DNA of 64,000 nt from a virus (Duplodnaviria; Caudoviricetes), in IMG/VR virus record IMGVR_UViG_3300033463_000014, positions 32,001-96,000 of that record, one strand, 5' to 3'. The notes under the pieces are model-generated. The model searched no databases and had not been told where the DNA came from. It saw nothing but the letters and a program-made list of their open reading frames with translations. The position numbers and the translations under genes were made by a program. How positions within the stretch are numbered: position 1 is the first letter of the stretch; the number at the start of each line of letters is the position of its first letter. Below, piece after piece: positions 43,728 to 53,428 of the stretch.

Positions 43728-44099
43728 TCATGCGTCCGCGCAAGACGACGTATCGGCTGGATCGGAGGACTGAGAGGCGGACGACCCATAGCCGGTCTCG
43801 GAAAGGAGCCCAGGGCTCGCGTAGCCCCTGTCTCGCTTGCCTCCCCACGTCGTCAGGGACCTCAGCCTCCACTTCCTGCACGGCGGGTCGAGCGAGTTCT
43901 CCTTCTTCTCCTCGATCCCGCACCTGAACTCGCAGGTCGTGCAGATCCTTTTCGGGCAGAACCCGGGGCATCTGCTCATGAGGCCCCTGGACCCGATGAC
44001 GCTCCCGTCCCCGTCCTTCCAGGCGCAGACGGCGGACACCGTCCCCCGGCTCGCAAGGACGGACCTTCTCCTGTAGTGTACGCACCACTGGCATGTCAT
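43728..44099 (-). CDS. Cys-rich small protein
   Basis: 123 aa; CQWCVHY, CAW, CPGF, CTTCEF, C, CRKW; GGAGG RBS region. Confidence 0.55.
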   Translation of the reverse strand: MTCQWCVHYRRRSVLASRGTVSAVCAWKDGDGSVIGSRGLMSRCPGFCPKRICTTCEFRCGIEEKKENSLDPPCRKWRLRSLTTWGGKRDRGYASPGLLSETGYGSSASQSSDPADTSSCADA

Positions 44100-44145
44100 A
44101 CCTTACCCTCCATCTCCACTATTTTACAATATATTGAAATCGCCG

Positions 44146-44496
44146 TCAACCGGAGTCCGACTTGCCGGACTTCATGCGTCTATGAGACTTCCCGACGGAG
44201 GCCCTCCCGCCGGACCACAGGGGGCATTCCGACGCAGACTTTCGGACGTCCAGCGTGCACGCGCCCTTCCTCGCCGGCGTGACGCCGTCGGCGAAATACT
44301 CTCCCCTGGACCAGTACCGGCAGTTGGGGCAGCTCCGCCTCAGGGAGAAGTCTGGGCATGTCTCCCTGCTGTACGGACGGGGCTCTCCCATCCTCTGGCT
44401 TTTCGGCGTGAACCTTACGCCCGCGTGCTGCGGGAGGGAGCACCTCCCGTACCTGCTCCCGTCGTAGCGTAGGTGCGAGCACCGGTGGCAGTCCAT
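44146..44496 (-). CDS. Cys-rich small protein
   Basis: 116 aa; CHRCSH, CSL, CPDF, CPNCRY, CTL, CPLW. Confidence 0.55.
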   Translation of the reverse strand: MDCHRCSHLRYDGSRYGRCSLPQHAGVRFTPKSQRMGEPRPYSRETCPDFSLRRSCPNCRYWSRGEYFADGVTPARKGACTLDVRKSASECPLWSGGRASVGKSHRRMKSGKSDSG

Positions 44497-44750
44497 CAGA
44501 ACTCCCCTTTCACTCCGACGGATACGAACACGTCCTTCGGGCCTCCCTCGCTGTCAGGGGTCCGCACCTTCACGAACGGCCTCACGCGTGGGCGACCTTG
44601 GCCAGCCTTGACCATCTCAAGGGATTCCGGGGACGGTGGAGAGTCGGCGTCAAGGCTCCTGGGGAGCCTGGAGGTCGGTCCGACGATACGACCGGGACCT
44701 GTGCTTTCCTGTCCAGCGCTTCCACGGGCGCCACTGTTTTCTCTTTTCAA
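44496..44750 (-). CDS. Hypothetical protein
   Basis: 84 aa; TTG start after GGAGG; C-terminal VFVSVGVKGEF. Confidence 0.45.
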   Translation of the reverse strand: MKRENSGARGSAGQESTGPGRIVGPTSRLPRSLDADSPPSPESLEMVKAGQGRPRVRPFVKVRTPDSEGGPKDVFVSVGVKGEF

Positions 44751-44751
44751 G

Positions 44752-45828
44752 CTATTTCCTCCGTCCGCTCCCCTTCTGGACCCTCCTTGGAGGGTCCGGG
44801 GTCGGCTCCCTGTGGAGCTTCAGGATGAGCCTCCTCCTGAGCTCGGCCATGAACAGAACGGCCTCCTGGGCCGTTATCTCGCACGAGGACATGTCGTCCA
44901 GTATCTCGGACTGTGATTCGTAAGGCTTTATCCTGCCGAACGCTATGTCCTCCTCGATGTCCGAGACGCAGGAGTACGGCCTCGCCTTCCTCCTCGTGAA
45001 CCCAGCGTCCTGGACAGGCGAATTTCCCCCCGCGTCGGCGGCGCCGCATTTCGCTTGCGCAACGGGGGAAAGCGCTTCTGTTTTAGCTTCGTCCGCCGCC
45101 GCGGGGGAAACCCTAACGTCATCCTCATGCCCCTTCCTGGGGCACTGTGCCTTCTGCTGGCGCCTCTTCGGCTCCCAGTCCATCAAGAAGCCGCCGAAAA
45201 GCGACGGCTGGTTATCCGACAATTCCCTCGCCTCGGCCCTCCTGCGCTCGGCGTTGGACATCCTCCTGGGGGACGGATCCGGGACGCACCCGGCCATGCT
45301 CTCGGCTTCGGATATGCAATCCTCCGCGCCGTCGCAGAACCCCGGATGGAGGTATGTGCCCTTCAGGGAATCCCTGGACTTCAGGACAAGCAGGCGTATC
45401 TTGAACGAACGCATGTCCCCAAGCAATACCGCCCTCCTGAACCTGTGGGTCGCGTACGACGCGACCTTGTCTCCGAAGAGGTCGCTGGCCAGGTCCTCGC
45501 AGATGGACGAGACCGACTCCTCCCAGTCAGTCAGCTGAGGAGGCTGGTAGAGACCCCTTCCAGAGTTCGCCCTTCCCCTGGACACGGCGGAGCGCATGGC
45601 CGAGAACCACCTGGAGTAGATGTCGGCTGCGGCCCTCAGTAGCCTGTCCGCGTTCGACCTGGCCCTCGTCACGCCGAACATGTCCGGGTCGTCGTCCACG
45701 CACTCATCGGTACTCGGATCCGCAGGAGGGGGACCTCCCCCGCCTACCGTCCAAATATCGGCGGCCGTCATCCCGGCCGCCAAGCGCCTCTCCTCTCCGA
45801 GGCCAGCGCACGCCATCTCCGCGCCCAT
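44752..45828 (-). CDS. Hypothetical protein
   Basis: 358 aa; GAGGAGG RBS. Confidence 0.55.
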   Translation of the reverse strand: MGAEMACAGLGEERRLAAGMTAADIWTVGGGGPPPADPSTDECVDDDPDMFGVTRARSNADRLLRAAADIYSRWFSAMRSAVSRGRANSGRGLYQPPQLTDWEESVSSICEDLASDLFGDKVASYATHRFRRAVLLGDMRSFKIRLLVLKSRDSLKGTYLHPGFCDGAEDCISEAESMAGCVPDPSPRRMSNAERRRAEARELSDNQPSLFGGFLMDWEPKRRQQKAQCPRKGHEDDVRVSPAAADEAKTEALSPVAQAKCGAADAGGNSPVQDAGFTRRKARPYSCVSDIEEDIAFGRIKPYESQSEILDDMSSCEITAQEAVLFMAELRRRLILKLHREPTPDPPRRVQKGSGRRK

Positions 45829-45862
45829 TCCAAAACCCTCCTCAGCTTATCCGCGACACGGG

Positions 45863-47011
45863 CTACTCTACGTCCTGACGCGCTTCGTCCTCCGGCGCTG
45901 CGTCCTCCCCTGACTGCTCGCCACCGAAATCCCCTCCCGCGTCAGCGAGCCTGATGAATCCGACGAACGAGAGCCCGCCGGCTATGGGGAGGTCGAACCT
46001 CGATCCCAGGAAGATCACCGGGTCGTCCACGTACCGCTTCCCGTCCATCGTGTAGGACATCAGGAGCCTGGCGGTGGGCTTGGGCGTGATGGTGGCCGAT
46101 CCGAACTTCGAGACTACCGTGATGCACGGGGCGGCGTGATAGACCATTATGGCGTCGAAGCTCATCTTCGTCCCGTCGATTTCGAAGGTAACGGGCGTGC
46201 TCCCGCTGATCCACCTTGTGAACGCGGACTCGTCCACGGAGGATGTCTTGTCAAGCGCGTCCTGCGCCTTCGCAGAGGCCGCCGAAGCGGTCACGATCTC
46301 GGACACGCGCCCCTGAAGGTCAGAGAGCGTCCGCTCGATGCCGTCGAACGAGATGCCGAGCCTCCTGTACAGGTCGTCGCGGAACTCCTCGAACTGGGAA
46401 ACGCTGACAGCCCCCGACGCTTTCCTGGGCTTCTGCTGAGCGGGGACGCTTTTCGCCACGCCGTCTTTGGGCCCTTCCTTCCATGCGCCGGCCTGAGGGT
46501 TTTCAGGTAGGGACGTCCCGTCCCCGCCCTCGAGCCTGTGCCCGTCCTCTGACCAGGCGCTCTCGTGGTTGATCCGACCGTTCTTCATGTCCTCCACCCT
46601 CCTGACGGCGGCCGCCTCCCGGACGGCCCTGTCCTCCTGGCTTTCATCATGGACGCCGGAACCGGACTGGCTGTCCTGGCTGACGGGCCCGTTACCCACG
46701 ATCGGGACCCGCGCGCCGATGTCGTCATCGTCGTCGTAGTCCTCCGGACGGTCGGGTACCGCCTTCCTTCCCGGTTTTTTCATCTGGGCCTTTCGGAGGC
46801 TATAGAGGCTGAGCACGTCGTCTCCGTCGACGGTCACGTATCCCGTCTTGTGCTTCCGCCTCGCGACCTCCTTGTCGGCCCTCTCCTGTGGACCGGGAAG
46901 CGGGGGCTTTCCCATGGCCCTTCGCCTTCTGTTCTCCTCCTCAAGGTCCTCAAGCTCCTTGGCGAGCCTGTCGGCCTCCATCATGATCGACCCCATGTCC
47001 CTTTCAGACAT
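45863..47011 (-). CDS. Hypothetical protein
   Basis: 382 aa; coiled N-terminus, beta-rich C-terminus. Confidence 0.6.
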   Translation of the reverse strand: MSERDMGSIMMEADRLAKELEDLEEENRRRRAMGKPPLPGPQERADKEVARRKHKTGYVTVDGDDVLSLYSLRKAQMKKPGRKAVPDRPEDYDDDDDIGARVPIVGNGPVSQDSQSGSGVHDESQEDRAVREAAAVRRVEDMKNGRINHESAWSEDGHRLEGGDGTSLPENPQAGAWKEGPKDGVAKSVPAQQKPRKASGAVSVSQFEEFRDDLYRRLGISFDGIERTLSDLQGRVSEIVTASAASAKAQDALDKTSSVDESAFTRWISGSTPVTFEIDGTKMSFDAIMVYHAAPCITVVSKFGSATITPKPTARLLMSYTMDGKRYVDDPVIFLGSRFDLPIAGGLSFVGFIRLADAGGDFGGEQSGEDAAPEDEARQDVE

Positions 47012-47020
47012 CCGAACCCC

Positions 47021-47758
47021 CTATTTCCTCGACTTGCGTTTCTTTGACGTTTTCTCCTGCGCCGCGCCGCCGGCCTCCATCTCCCCGTTCTGCCTGAGGA
47101 CCGCGCCAAGCCCAGTCTCAGCGAGCTCGCGCTCCTTCTCCGCGGCGAGCCTGTCCATCTGACCCGAGCGCTCCGGAGCCTCGGGGACGGGGAGCTCAGT
47201 CTCCGCCTTGGCGCGCTCCGCGCCTTTGGCCATGTTCGCGCCGATCGGGTCCAGGGCGAGATTCTGGTCAAACTTTGCCCGTCCGGACGCGATCCTCTCG
47301 TTCTCGGCGATGATGTCCTCGAACCCGGACTTGATGACGTGCAGTGAGTCCGGCCCGCCGACTCCACGCCTGCGCTCTTCCGTCTCACCGTTGATGAGGG
47401 CCTCGCGCCTGGCGCCATCGGCGTTAGCCTTGCGCACGCGCTCGAGATGCTCGGACTGGAGCTTCCTCGCGCTCTCTATCGCCCGTTTCTCGCCAGTCGG
47501 GTCGCGCCTGATCTCGAGCGGGATGACGCTGGGGTCGAACTTCTCGCCCATCTCGTTGAGGTCCATGAGCCGCATGATAAGCCTAGCTTCGGTGTCGTTG
47601 AGTATCAGGCCTATCTCGTTCCTGCCCCCGCAGGCGTCGCACACGCTTTTCAGGGCGCTCTCAAGGTCCCTGTACGTGTCAGGCGTGGTCCTGCCGGGCC
47701 TCATGTTTCCCATGCTCGACAGGTAGATGTTCCGCGTTGTCATGTTGACGAATCTCAT
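47021..47758 (-). CDS. Hypothetical protein
   Basis: Start moved to ATG 47758 (AAGGAAGG RBS), 245 aa. Confidence 0.6.
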   Translation of the reverse strand: MRFVNMTTRNIYLSSMGNMRPGRTTPDTYRDLESALKSVCDACGGRNEIGLILNDTEARLIMRLMDLNEMGEKFDPSVIPLEIRRDPTGEKRAIESARKLQSEHLERVRKANADGARREALINGETEERRRGVGGPDSLHVIKSGFEDIIAENERIASGRAKFDQNLALDPIGANMAKGAERAKAETELPVPEAPERSGQMDRLAAEKERELAETGLGAVLRQNGEMEAGGAAQEKTSKKRKSRK

Positions 47759-48731
47759 TGCTGACCTTCCTTGTTTCGTCCTTCCGGACTTCCTGGCCGT
47801 TTTTGCCGTTCTGTCTGTTCTTGTCTTCACTGCACGCGTCGCTCCCCGGCCCGGAAGACGACGGGCAGGGGGATGACGAAGAGACGCTGTCGGCCAGCTG
47901 CTGCTGCGTCATCTTGGTGGATGGCGAAGGAAGGCCCGACTCGTTAGCCTCCCTCATGATGCGCAGGGCCGACGCGACGAAAGCGGTCGCCTTCTCGGCG
48001 CTGAACCCAACGCTCCCGAAGAATCCCGACTCCGCGCCGGCCGCAGCCCTTACGGATCTCCTGGCCAGCATGGGTAGCAGGGGGCATGACCCCGTGTCGA
48101 ACAGGAGGGAGGTCAGGGTGTACACCACCGGCGTCGCATCCCGCTTCCTCACGGCGTACAGGAGCCTCCTCCTCCTGCACTGGGGGTTCCACGACAGGAA
48201 CCCTTCCTCCGCGGAGCTCTCCGCTATGGCCCTTTCCATGACAGGCATGACGGCGTCCTCTGCGAACGATCCCGACGGCTCGGACACGAACCTGGCCATG
48301 GCGATCTCGTCGGCGAGCGAACGCATGGCCTTCCACACGTCCCTGGCGAACGACTGTTCGCTCGAGTCCGCCCGCATGGACAGAACCGCCGAGACGAACG
48401 AGGCCGCGTTCCTGGCCCCCTCAGTGTCGAGGTTGAGCCTGTCCCCGGCCTCCCACGCCCTCCTCACGGACACCGCCGCGGGTATGATCCTGTCCTGGGA
48501 CACGCATCCCCTGTCGAACAGCTCGGCGACGGCCGACACCGACGGCATCCAGATCGCCGGGTCTTTCGACGCGGACAGCCTCCTCTCCTCGCTCTCGCCG
48601 CACTTTGACCATGTGACGACGTAAAACCCAAGGCCAGGGTCGAGCGTTATCCTCGCCGGCATCCGCTCGAACCTGAACGCGGGACGGCGCCTTTCGCCTC
48701 CCGTTCCGCTTCCTCCTGACGACACTGTCAT
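47679..48731 (-). CDS. Hypothetical protein
   Basis: ATG 48731 overlaps the upstream TGA; 350 aa. Confidence 0.5.
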   Translation of the reverse strand: MTVSSGGSGTGGERRRPAFRFERMPARITLDPGLGFYVVTWSKCGESEERRLSASKDPAIWMPSVSAVAELFDRGCVSQDRIIPAAVSVRRAWEAGDRLNLDTEGARNAASFVSAVLSMRADSSEQSFARDVWKAMRSLADEIAMARFVSEPSGSFAEDAVMPVMERAIAESSAEEGFLSWNPQCRRRRLLYAVRKRDATPVVYTLTSLLFDTGSCPLLPMLARRSVRAAAGAESGFFGSVGFSAEKATAFVASALRIMREANESGLPSPSTKMTQQQLADSVSSSSPCPSSSGPGSDACSEDKNRQNGKNGQEVRKDETRKVSNEIRQHDNAEHLPVEHGKHEARQDHA

Positions 48732-49411
48732 TCCCCCACGGACACGCATACCATGACTGTGAAGACGCAGCCGCTCTCATCCGACAAAGGCCCCAAGGGA
48801 CTGACCGTCATGGGATTTAAGCCGAGAAAGCGGCTCCGGCGACTTCCGGGACCCTCGTTCCGGATCCCATCAGGCACGGCACGGGCAGACCCTACGTCAC
48901 CGCAAGAGTCTCCGGATCCCCTCGACCACTTGCTTAGATCGACACCGAGCCTGTCCTTTATGTAGTCGAAGATGATAGGCTTCCACCCCGACGAAACGGA
49001 GCTATCGTGACCGATGACGTATTGGGCGACATCCAGCGCCCACTTGACGAGAACCGAAAGGAGGAGTTTCCTGATATACGACTTCTCGGCGCCTTCCGCG
49101 CCCCTGTCGTCCCCGGAGAGGTCGATTCCGTTTTTCCTCGCCGTTAACTCGACTACGTCTATAACGCTACTGCCCGACTTCTCGCACGCGTCCAGGAAAC
49201 CATCGATATCCTCCTGGCTGACATAGCACTCTTCTTTTTTCTTCGAAAACTCCTTTATGGACTCTTCGGCAAGGCCCCTGCCGTATTTTCCTATCCTGTC
49301 GGAAAAGGAACCGTCCTTGTTGCATTTTCCCCAACCGCACCCGGAGGAGCATCCCTCTTTCTCACCGTTACCCATATTCATCAATCCTTTCGTTCCGATG
49401 CGCAAGTACAC
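48728..49411 (-). CDS. Hypothetical protein (start may be 49381)
   Basis: 227 aa; first gene after the promoter motif at 49425. Confidence 0.55.
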   Translation of the reverse strand: MYLRIGTKGLMNMGNGEKEGCSSGCGWGKCNKDGSFSDRIGKYGRGLAEESIKEFSKKKEECYVSQEDIDGFLDACEKSGSSVIDVVELTARKNGIDLSGDDRGAEGAEKSYIRKLLLSVLVKWALDVAQYVIGHDSSVSSGWKPIIFDYIKDRLGVDLSKWSRGSGDSCGDVGSARAVPDGIRNEGPGSRRSRFLGLNPMTVSPLGPLSDESGCVFTVMVCVSVGE

Positions 49412-49424
49412 ATCCGTCTCTAGT

Positions 49425-49450
49425 ATTATACCACAATATTGTCACAATAT
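49425..49450 (-). promoter_or_regulatory. Extended -10 promoter TGTGGTATAAT with overlapping palindromic operator-like site
   Basis: TGGTATAAT at 49433-49425; ATATTGT-N-ACAATAT inverted repeat at 49436-49450. Confidence 0.6.
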
Positions 49451-49481
49451 GTTTTCTTTTTGAGAAAAATGTCCAATAGCT

Positions 49482-49510
49482 AAAAAAAAGGGCCGGGTTC
49501 CCCCGGCCCT
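49482..49510 (-). terminator. Rho-independent terminator ending the small-gene region
   Basis: AGGGCCGGG-GGAA-CCCGGCCCT hairpin followed by a T tract. Confidence 0.85.
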
Positions 49511-49538
49511 CCTAAGGCGCGAACGCCGATATCCGCCC

Positions 49539-49736
49539 CTACTCCTCCGGACGGAGTTTGTAGGACGCATGGATCGAATCCGATATGCACCCAAGCGCCG
49601 AGTAGAGCGCGGACATGACATCCCTCTTGGCGTCGGTGTCAAGCGGGCCTCCGCTGATCCTGGACGCGGCGCTCTCGACGGCCCTCTCGGCATCCCTGAG
49701 GTCATTTTCGAAAGCGTCAACTTCCTCGTTTGTCAT
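49539..49736 (-). CDS. Hypothetical protein
   Basis: 65 aa helical ORF ending before the terminator. Confidence 0.5.
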   Translation of the reverse strand: MTNEEVDAFENDLRDAERAVESAASRISGGPLDTDAKRDVMSALYSALGCISDSIHASYKLRPEE

Positions 49737-50496
49737 CAGCCGTCACCGTCACCCTTTCCTTTATCGCCGAATCGACACCCTGCATGATGATGTCAAGAGC
49801 TTCGCACATAATATCCTGAAGATCGGTATACGAGACTGGACGTGACACCATCATGAGTATCCTCCTGTATGCCCTGTTTGCATATGCCTTCCTGTCCGTG
49901 TCCGGGGCGGAGCTCGAAGCCTCAGCAAGGTGCGCAAGCGATCTCGTCAGCGAAACGAACGACATCCACGATTCCCTGTCTTCATCGAAGAACATTTCTC
50001 GCACTTCATCGCGAGTGTAAGGGTAATTCAGGAACTCCTCGACATACTGCCATTTCGCCATTTCCATGTCGCACCCAGACGCCTTTGACAAAAGCATGCC
50101 GGCAATGCCATCCATAAATACGGAAAACTCCTTGCATTTTTCGTCAAACGCCTGCCCCTCAACCCTCGTGAACCAGTACAGACCCTTCCTTTTCGCGGAG
50201 ACGACCAGAGCGTACGCGAAAAGGTATTTCATTGTCGCAAACGCGCTGGATTCGGCAGCCTCTTCGGTAAGGATCGAAGCCCTTACAATGTCCGTGTATA
50301 CGTCCACTACGGAAGGGCCCTCCAGAACGTCCAGACCGTAGAGATTGCCGTACTCAAGCTCCCTTGCCGCAATGATCATGTTACGGAAATATCTTCCGAA
50401 ATCCCTTCTTCCTGAGAAGTAGGACAAAACATCGGAACCACCAGACTCTGACATTCTCAATCCCTCACTTTCCATCTGCTGACAATTCTTTTCCAT
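49717..50496 (-). CDS. Hypothetical protein
   Basis: 259 aa in operon order. Confidence 0.55.
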   Translation of the reverse strand: MEKNCQQMESEGLRMSESGGSDVLSYFSGRRDFGRYFRNMIIAARELEYGNLYGLDVLEGPSVVDVYTDIVRASILTEEAAESSAFATMKYLFAYALVVSAKRKGLYWFTRVEGQAFDEKCKEFSVFMDGIAGMLLSKASGCDMEMAKWQYVEEFLNYPYTRDEVREMFFDEDRESWMSFVSLTRSLAHLAEASSSAPDTDRKAYANRAYRRILMMVSRPVSYTDLQDIMCEALDIIMQGVDSAIKERVTVTADDKRGS

Positions 50497-50953
50497 GGTT
50501 TATGGCGGACGCGACCTCGCTCTCGGCGATCTTGACCTCCTCGTGGATCTCCTTGTCCAACGCATTGATCCTTTCTACGATCATGGACTGGGCCATGTCG
50601 AGAGCCTCATCGAAATGAAGAAGAACGACCTGCATCATTGCCCTGTCAATCTCATCCTTCGCGTATGCGATTGCGTCCTCGTTTATGGAATTACCGTCGC
50701 CCATGATCCTGATCATTCCCGGAAGGCCTCCCTTTTTCTCTCCGATGTCGTCCCTCGGGATGATCGTGTTACCCTTCCGGATGATTTCTTCCGCCGTGTA
50801 TCCGCCATGCTCGCCTTTCGGCCACACGACTCCGTTCAGCTCCGTGTCGTACATCCCTACGCACATCGACGGGCAGTACTCCAGCAAGGACCTAAGTGCC
50901 CTGACCGCCGTGTACGCGTCGGCCTTCCTCGTCATCTCGTAAAGCTTGTCCAT
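50465..50953 (-). CDS. Hypothetical protein
   Basis: 162 aa; GGAAGG RBS. Confidence 0.55.
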   Translation of the reverse strand: MDKLYEMTRKADAYTAVRALRSLLEYCPSMCVGMYDTELNGVVWPKGEHGGYTAEEIIRKGNTIIPRDDIGEKKGGLPGMIRIMGDGNSINEDAIAYAKDEIDRAMMQVVLLHFDEALDMAQSMIVERINALDKEIHEEVKIAESEVASAINHGKELSADGK

Positions 50954-50956
50954 TTA

Positions 50957-51358
50957 TTATTGATCACCTTCCTTTTTAGCTATAGACATCATGGCATCGT
51001 CAACGCCGCACTCGCGGCTCAGGATTTGAAGGGATTTCTCGGCGACGCCGATCATCTCCTTGCAATCGCAATAGACTTCGTTCACGCGGGACACAGCCAA
51101 GTCTCTCAACCTCTCCAACGCATCGCGAATGTATGCGATGTCCCCGCACCCCGTGTAGCGGTGCATCCGGTTCATCTCTTCGCAGAACTGGGTGGCGTTC
51201 TTGACCGCATCCTTGTTCCTTCGGTGAGGCTCTCCGGAGAAAAACAGGATGACGTTGCCGTCCGCGTCCCTCACGGTTGCCGTAGGAACCGGAGGAGAGT
51301 ACGTTTTTTCACGCTCGCGTTTCCGACCAAGGTTCGTGAGAGGGTATCTCCAGTTCAC
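50957..51358 (-). CDS. Hypothetical protein
   Basis: Start placed at GTG 51358 (GTGA overlap with the upstream stop); 133 aa. Confidence 0.45.
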   Translation of the reverse strand: MNWRYPLTNLGRKREREKTYSPPVPTATVRDADGNVILFFSGEPHRRNKDAVKNATQFCEEMNRMHRYTGCGDIAYIRDALERLRDLAVSRVNEVYCDCKEMIGVAEKSLQILSRECGVDDAMMSIAKKEGDQ

Positions 51359-51759
51359 TTTTCCTTGCTCCTTTCGCGTTTTACAAACCTGACATATCCA
51401 TCCCACCCCTTGTCGAATATGAGGAGAGCGTGGAATCTGGCGCATCCGAACATGGCTCCCGTGCAGTCTTCGCAGACGCTCAGTATCGCATTCTCGAAAT
51501 CGAGCTGACTGCTGTTCGTCATCCTCGGAGTCCACTTCTTACCGGTTTCGCGCTCGAATTCCTCCCGTTCCTTTTTCCATTTTTCCCTCTCTCCCTCGTG
51601 GCTCCTAAGCCACATCACGCCGGCCTTCGCCATCCTCCTGCAGGCAGCCTCATACCCTCCTCCGAATCCGCTGATCTCGAAAGGCCATTTGAACTCGCCT
51701 GCATCCTTCCTAACTTTCGAAGCCAGCTTCCTATCAGGTTTTGTCTTGCCGTCTCTCAT
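51355..51759 (-). CDS. Hypothetical protein
   Basis: 134 aa; EISGFGGGYEAAC...CTGAMFG; ATGA overlap. Confidence 0.55.
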   Translation of the reverse strand: MRDGKTKPDRKLASKVRKDAGEFKWPFEISGFGGGYEAACRRMAKAGVMWLRSHEGEREKWKKEREEFERETGKKWTPRMTNSSQLDFENAILSVCEDCTGAMFGCARFHALLIFDKGWDGYVRFVKRERSKEK

Positions 51760-51992
51760 TCACAATATCCTTCCTCGGTTTCGGGCTCGACCCATTCATC
51801 TTCATGTTCCACGGAAACGACCTTGATTTCCTCCACGGACAATCCTTCTCTCAGGCACCAGTCCGAGCAGAAAACATTGTCCGACTCATCCTCGGCGAAA
51901 TACCGCACCTGAAGGTAGTTGTCGCAAACCTTCAGGTACGTTTCCCCGTCATTCAATTCCTTTCCGCACACAGAGCATATCATTCCGCTCAT
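51756..51992 (-). CDS. Small Zn-finger protein
   Basis: 78 aa; CSVCG...FCSDWC; GGAGG RBS. Confidence 0.6.
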   Translation of the reverse strand: MSGMICSVCGKELNDGETYLKVCDNYLQVRYFAEDESDNVFCSDWCLREGLSVEEIKVVSVEHEDEWVEPETEEGYCE

Positions 51993-52022
51993 TTTCCTCC
52001 CGCCGTGTCAGTCGCGGTAAAC

Positions 52023-52541
52023 TCAGGACAGTTTCTCGTCCCCCTCGACCTCTCCGATGCTCCTGTTTGCCTCGTCAACCGTTTTGTCGAGTTCCTTCCT
52101 GCTCGAATCGGACAGCTTGACGAACGCTTCCTTTATGAGATCGCCAGTCAATCCGATGATCTCGTCCAAATGACTATAGATTGTCATAAGTACCGCCTTC
52201 TCAAGAAACGTACTGAGGCTCCCCTTAGTTTCCGAGTACTTAGACGCATTCTTTCCGACAACCCGAAGGAGTCCACCCGCTCCACTGCAGAGGAATCCGA
52301 GCTTTGGAAGTCCGTCCGCATGCAGCTTCTCCTCTTTGTAGCTCCATGACCAGAATTCTGGGTTGAGGAAACCTCCTTCGTCCACAACCGCAGGAGGCTC
52401 GTAATCGCTGAACGAGCTTTCCCTGTCAAATACAACGATCCCTACGTTCCCTTCCTTGATATCCTTCTGGAGCTCACGTGCAATCCTGTAAGACTCAGGA
52501 AGATTATGCAACAATTCTAAGTTGATAATAACATCACTCAC
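52023..52541 (-). CDS. Hypothetical protein
   Basis: 172 aa; AAGGAG RBS. Confidence 0.55.
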   Translation of the reverse strand: MSDVIINLELLHNLPESYRIARELQKDIKEGNVGIVVFDRESSFSDYEPPAVVDEGGFLNPEFWSWSYKEEKLHADGLPKLGFLCSGAGGLLRVVGKNASKYSETKGSLSTFLEKAVLMTIYSHLDEIIGLTGDLIKEAFVKLSDSSRKELDKTVDEANRSIGEVEGDEKLS

Positions 52542-52571
52542 AACACAACTCCTTCCCTATTTCCAAATACC

Positions 52572-52994
52572 TCAAACATCTCCTGAACCGTCTCCGTCTC
52601 CGTCGCCGTCGTCGTATCCGGAGCCGTAGCCATAGCCGGAACCGCAGCCGTAGCCGGATCCGAATCCGTAGCCAGCGCCAGAGCCGTCGCCGGCGTCGTA
52701 TCCGGAGCCGTAGCCGTCGCCGACGCCGCATCCGTAGCCGCTTCCGTCGCCGAATCCAGATCCGGAGCCGTCGCCTGAGCCGCATCCGTAGCCGCGGCCG
52801 GATCCGCAGCCGTAGCCGCAGCCAGACCCGTCGCCGGCGCCGTCGCCGCAGCCGTGTCCGCAGCCAGATCCGTAGCCGGTGCCGGAGCCGTAGCCGTGGC
52901 CGTATCCGGTGCCGGAGCCGTAGCCTGATCCAGATCCGTCGCAAGAGCTGGAGCAAGATCCGAACTTAAACGGCTTTGCTTTAATTTTGCTCAC
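52572..52994 (-). CDS. Glycine-repeat (G-x)n protein, copy 2 (Cys-containing)
   Basis: 140 aa of GSG/GYG/GCG/GDG repeats directly downstream of a DUF6948-like gene. Confidence 0.55.
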   Translation of the reverse strand: MSKIKAKPFKFGSCSSSCDGSGSGYGSGTGYGHGYGSGTGYGSGCGHGCGDGAGDGSGCGYGCGSGRGYGCGSGDGSGSGFGDGSGYGCGVGDGYGSGYDAGDGSGAGYGFGSGYGCGSGYGYGSGYDDGDGDGDGSGDV

Positions 52995-53376
52995 ACACTG
53001 CCGCCTCTCTTATTGTCCTCGCCGCCGTTTCGCTGCACGGTATCACCTCATATACGTCTCCCAAGAAGATTTCTGGGAGTTCGTCCGGAAGGGCTATATT
53101 ATTGGCGATGCCATGCACCGCGACCGCAGAGAGCGAAATGCCCTTTTTCGCCTTCCAAGACCACAGCCTACGTGAGTTGACGAGTTGGCAGTGGTTGCCG
53201 TCGTGATCCTTCAAAAATCCCGCGTGAACGCCACAGTAGTAGCCTCGGCATATCACGTACGGGAGTCCGTCGGTGTTCTGAGCGGGGTATTTGGCGGTTT
53301 CGTGGATTGCGCTTCTTCGTACCCACTCCTCGCCGTTTATCGTCATTGTGTCATCTGTGTTCATCTGAGTGTTCAT
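52981..53376 (-). CDS. DUF6948-like phage protein, copy 2
   Basis: 131 aa; YVICRGYYCGVHAGFL...LVNSRRLWSWK...ISLSAVAVHGI...EVIPCS. Confidence 0.7.
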   Translation of the reverse strand: MNTQMNTDDTMTINGEEWVRRSAIHETAKYPAQNTDGLPYVICRGYYCGVHAGFLKDHDGNHCQLVNSRRLWSWKAKKGISLSAVAVHGIANNIALPDELPEIFLGDVYEVIPCSETAARTIREAAVCEQN

Positions 53377-53428
53377 CCTTTGTGTTTTTCATGATGGCCC
53401 TACTCGCTCGAGCTTTCGGGCCATCGTC

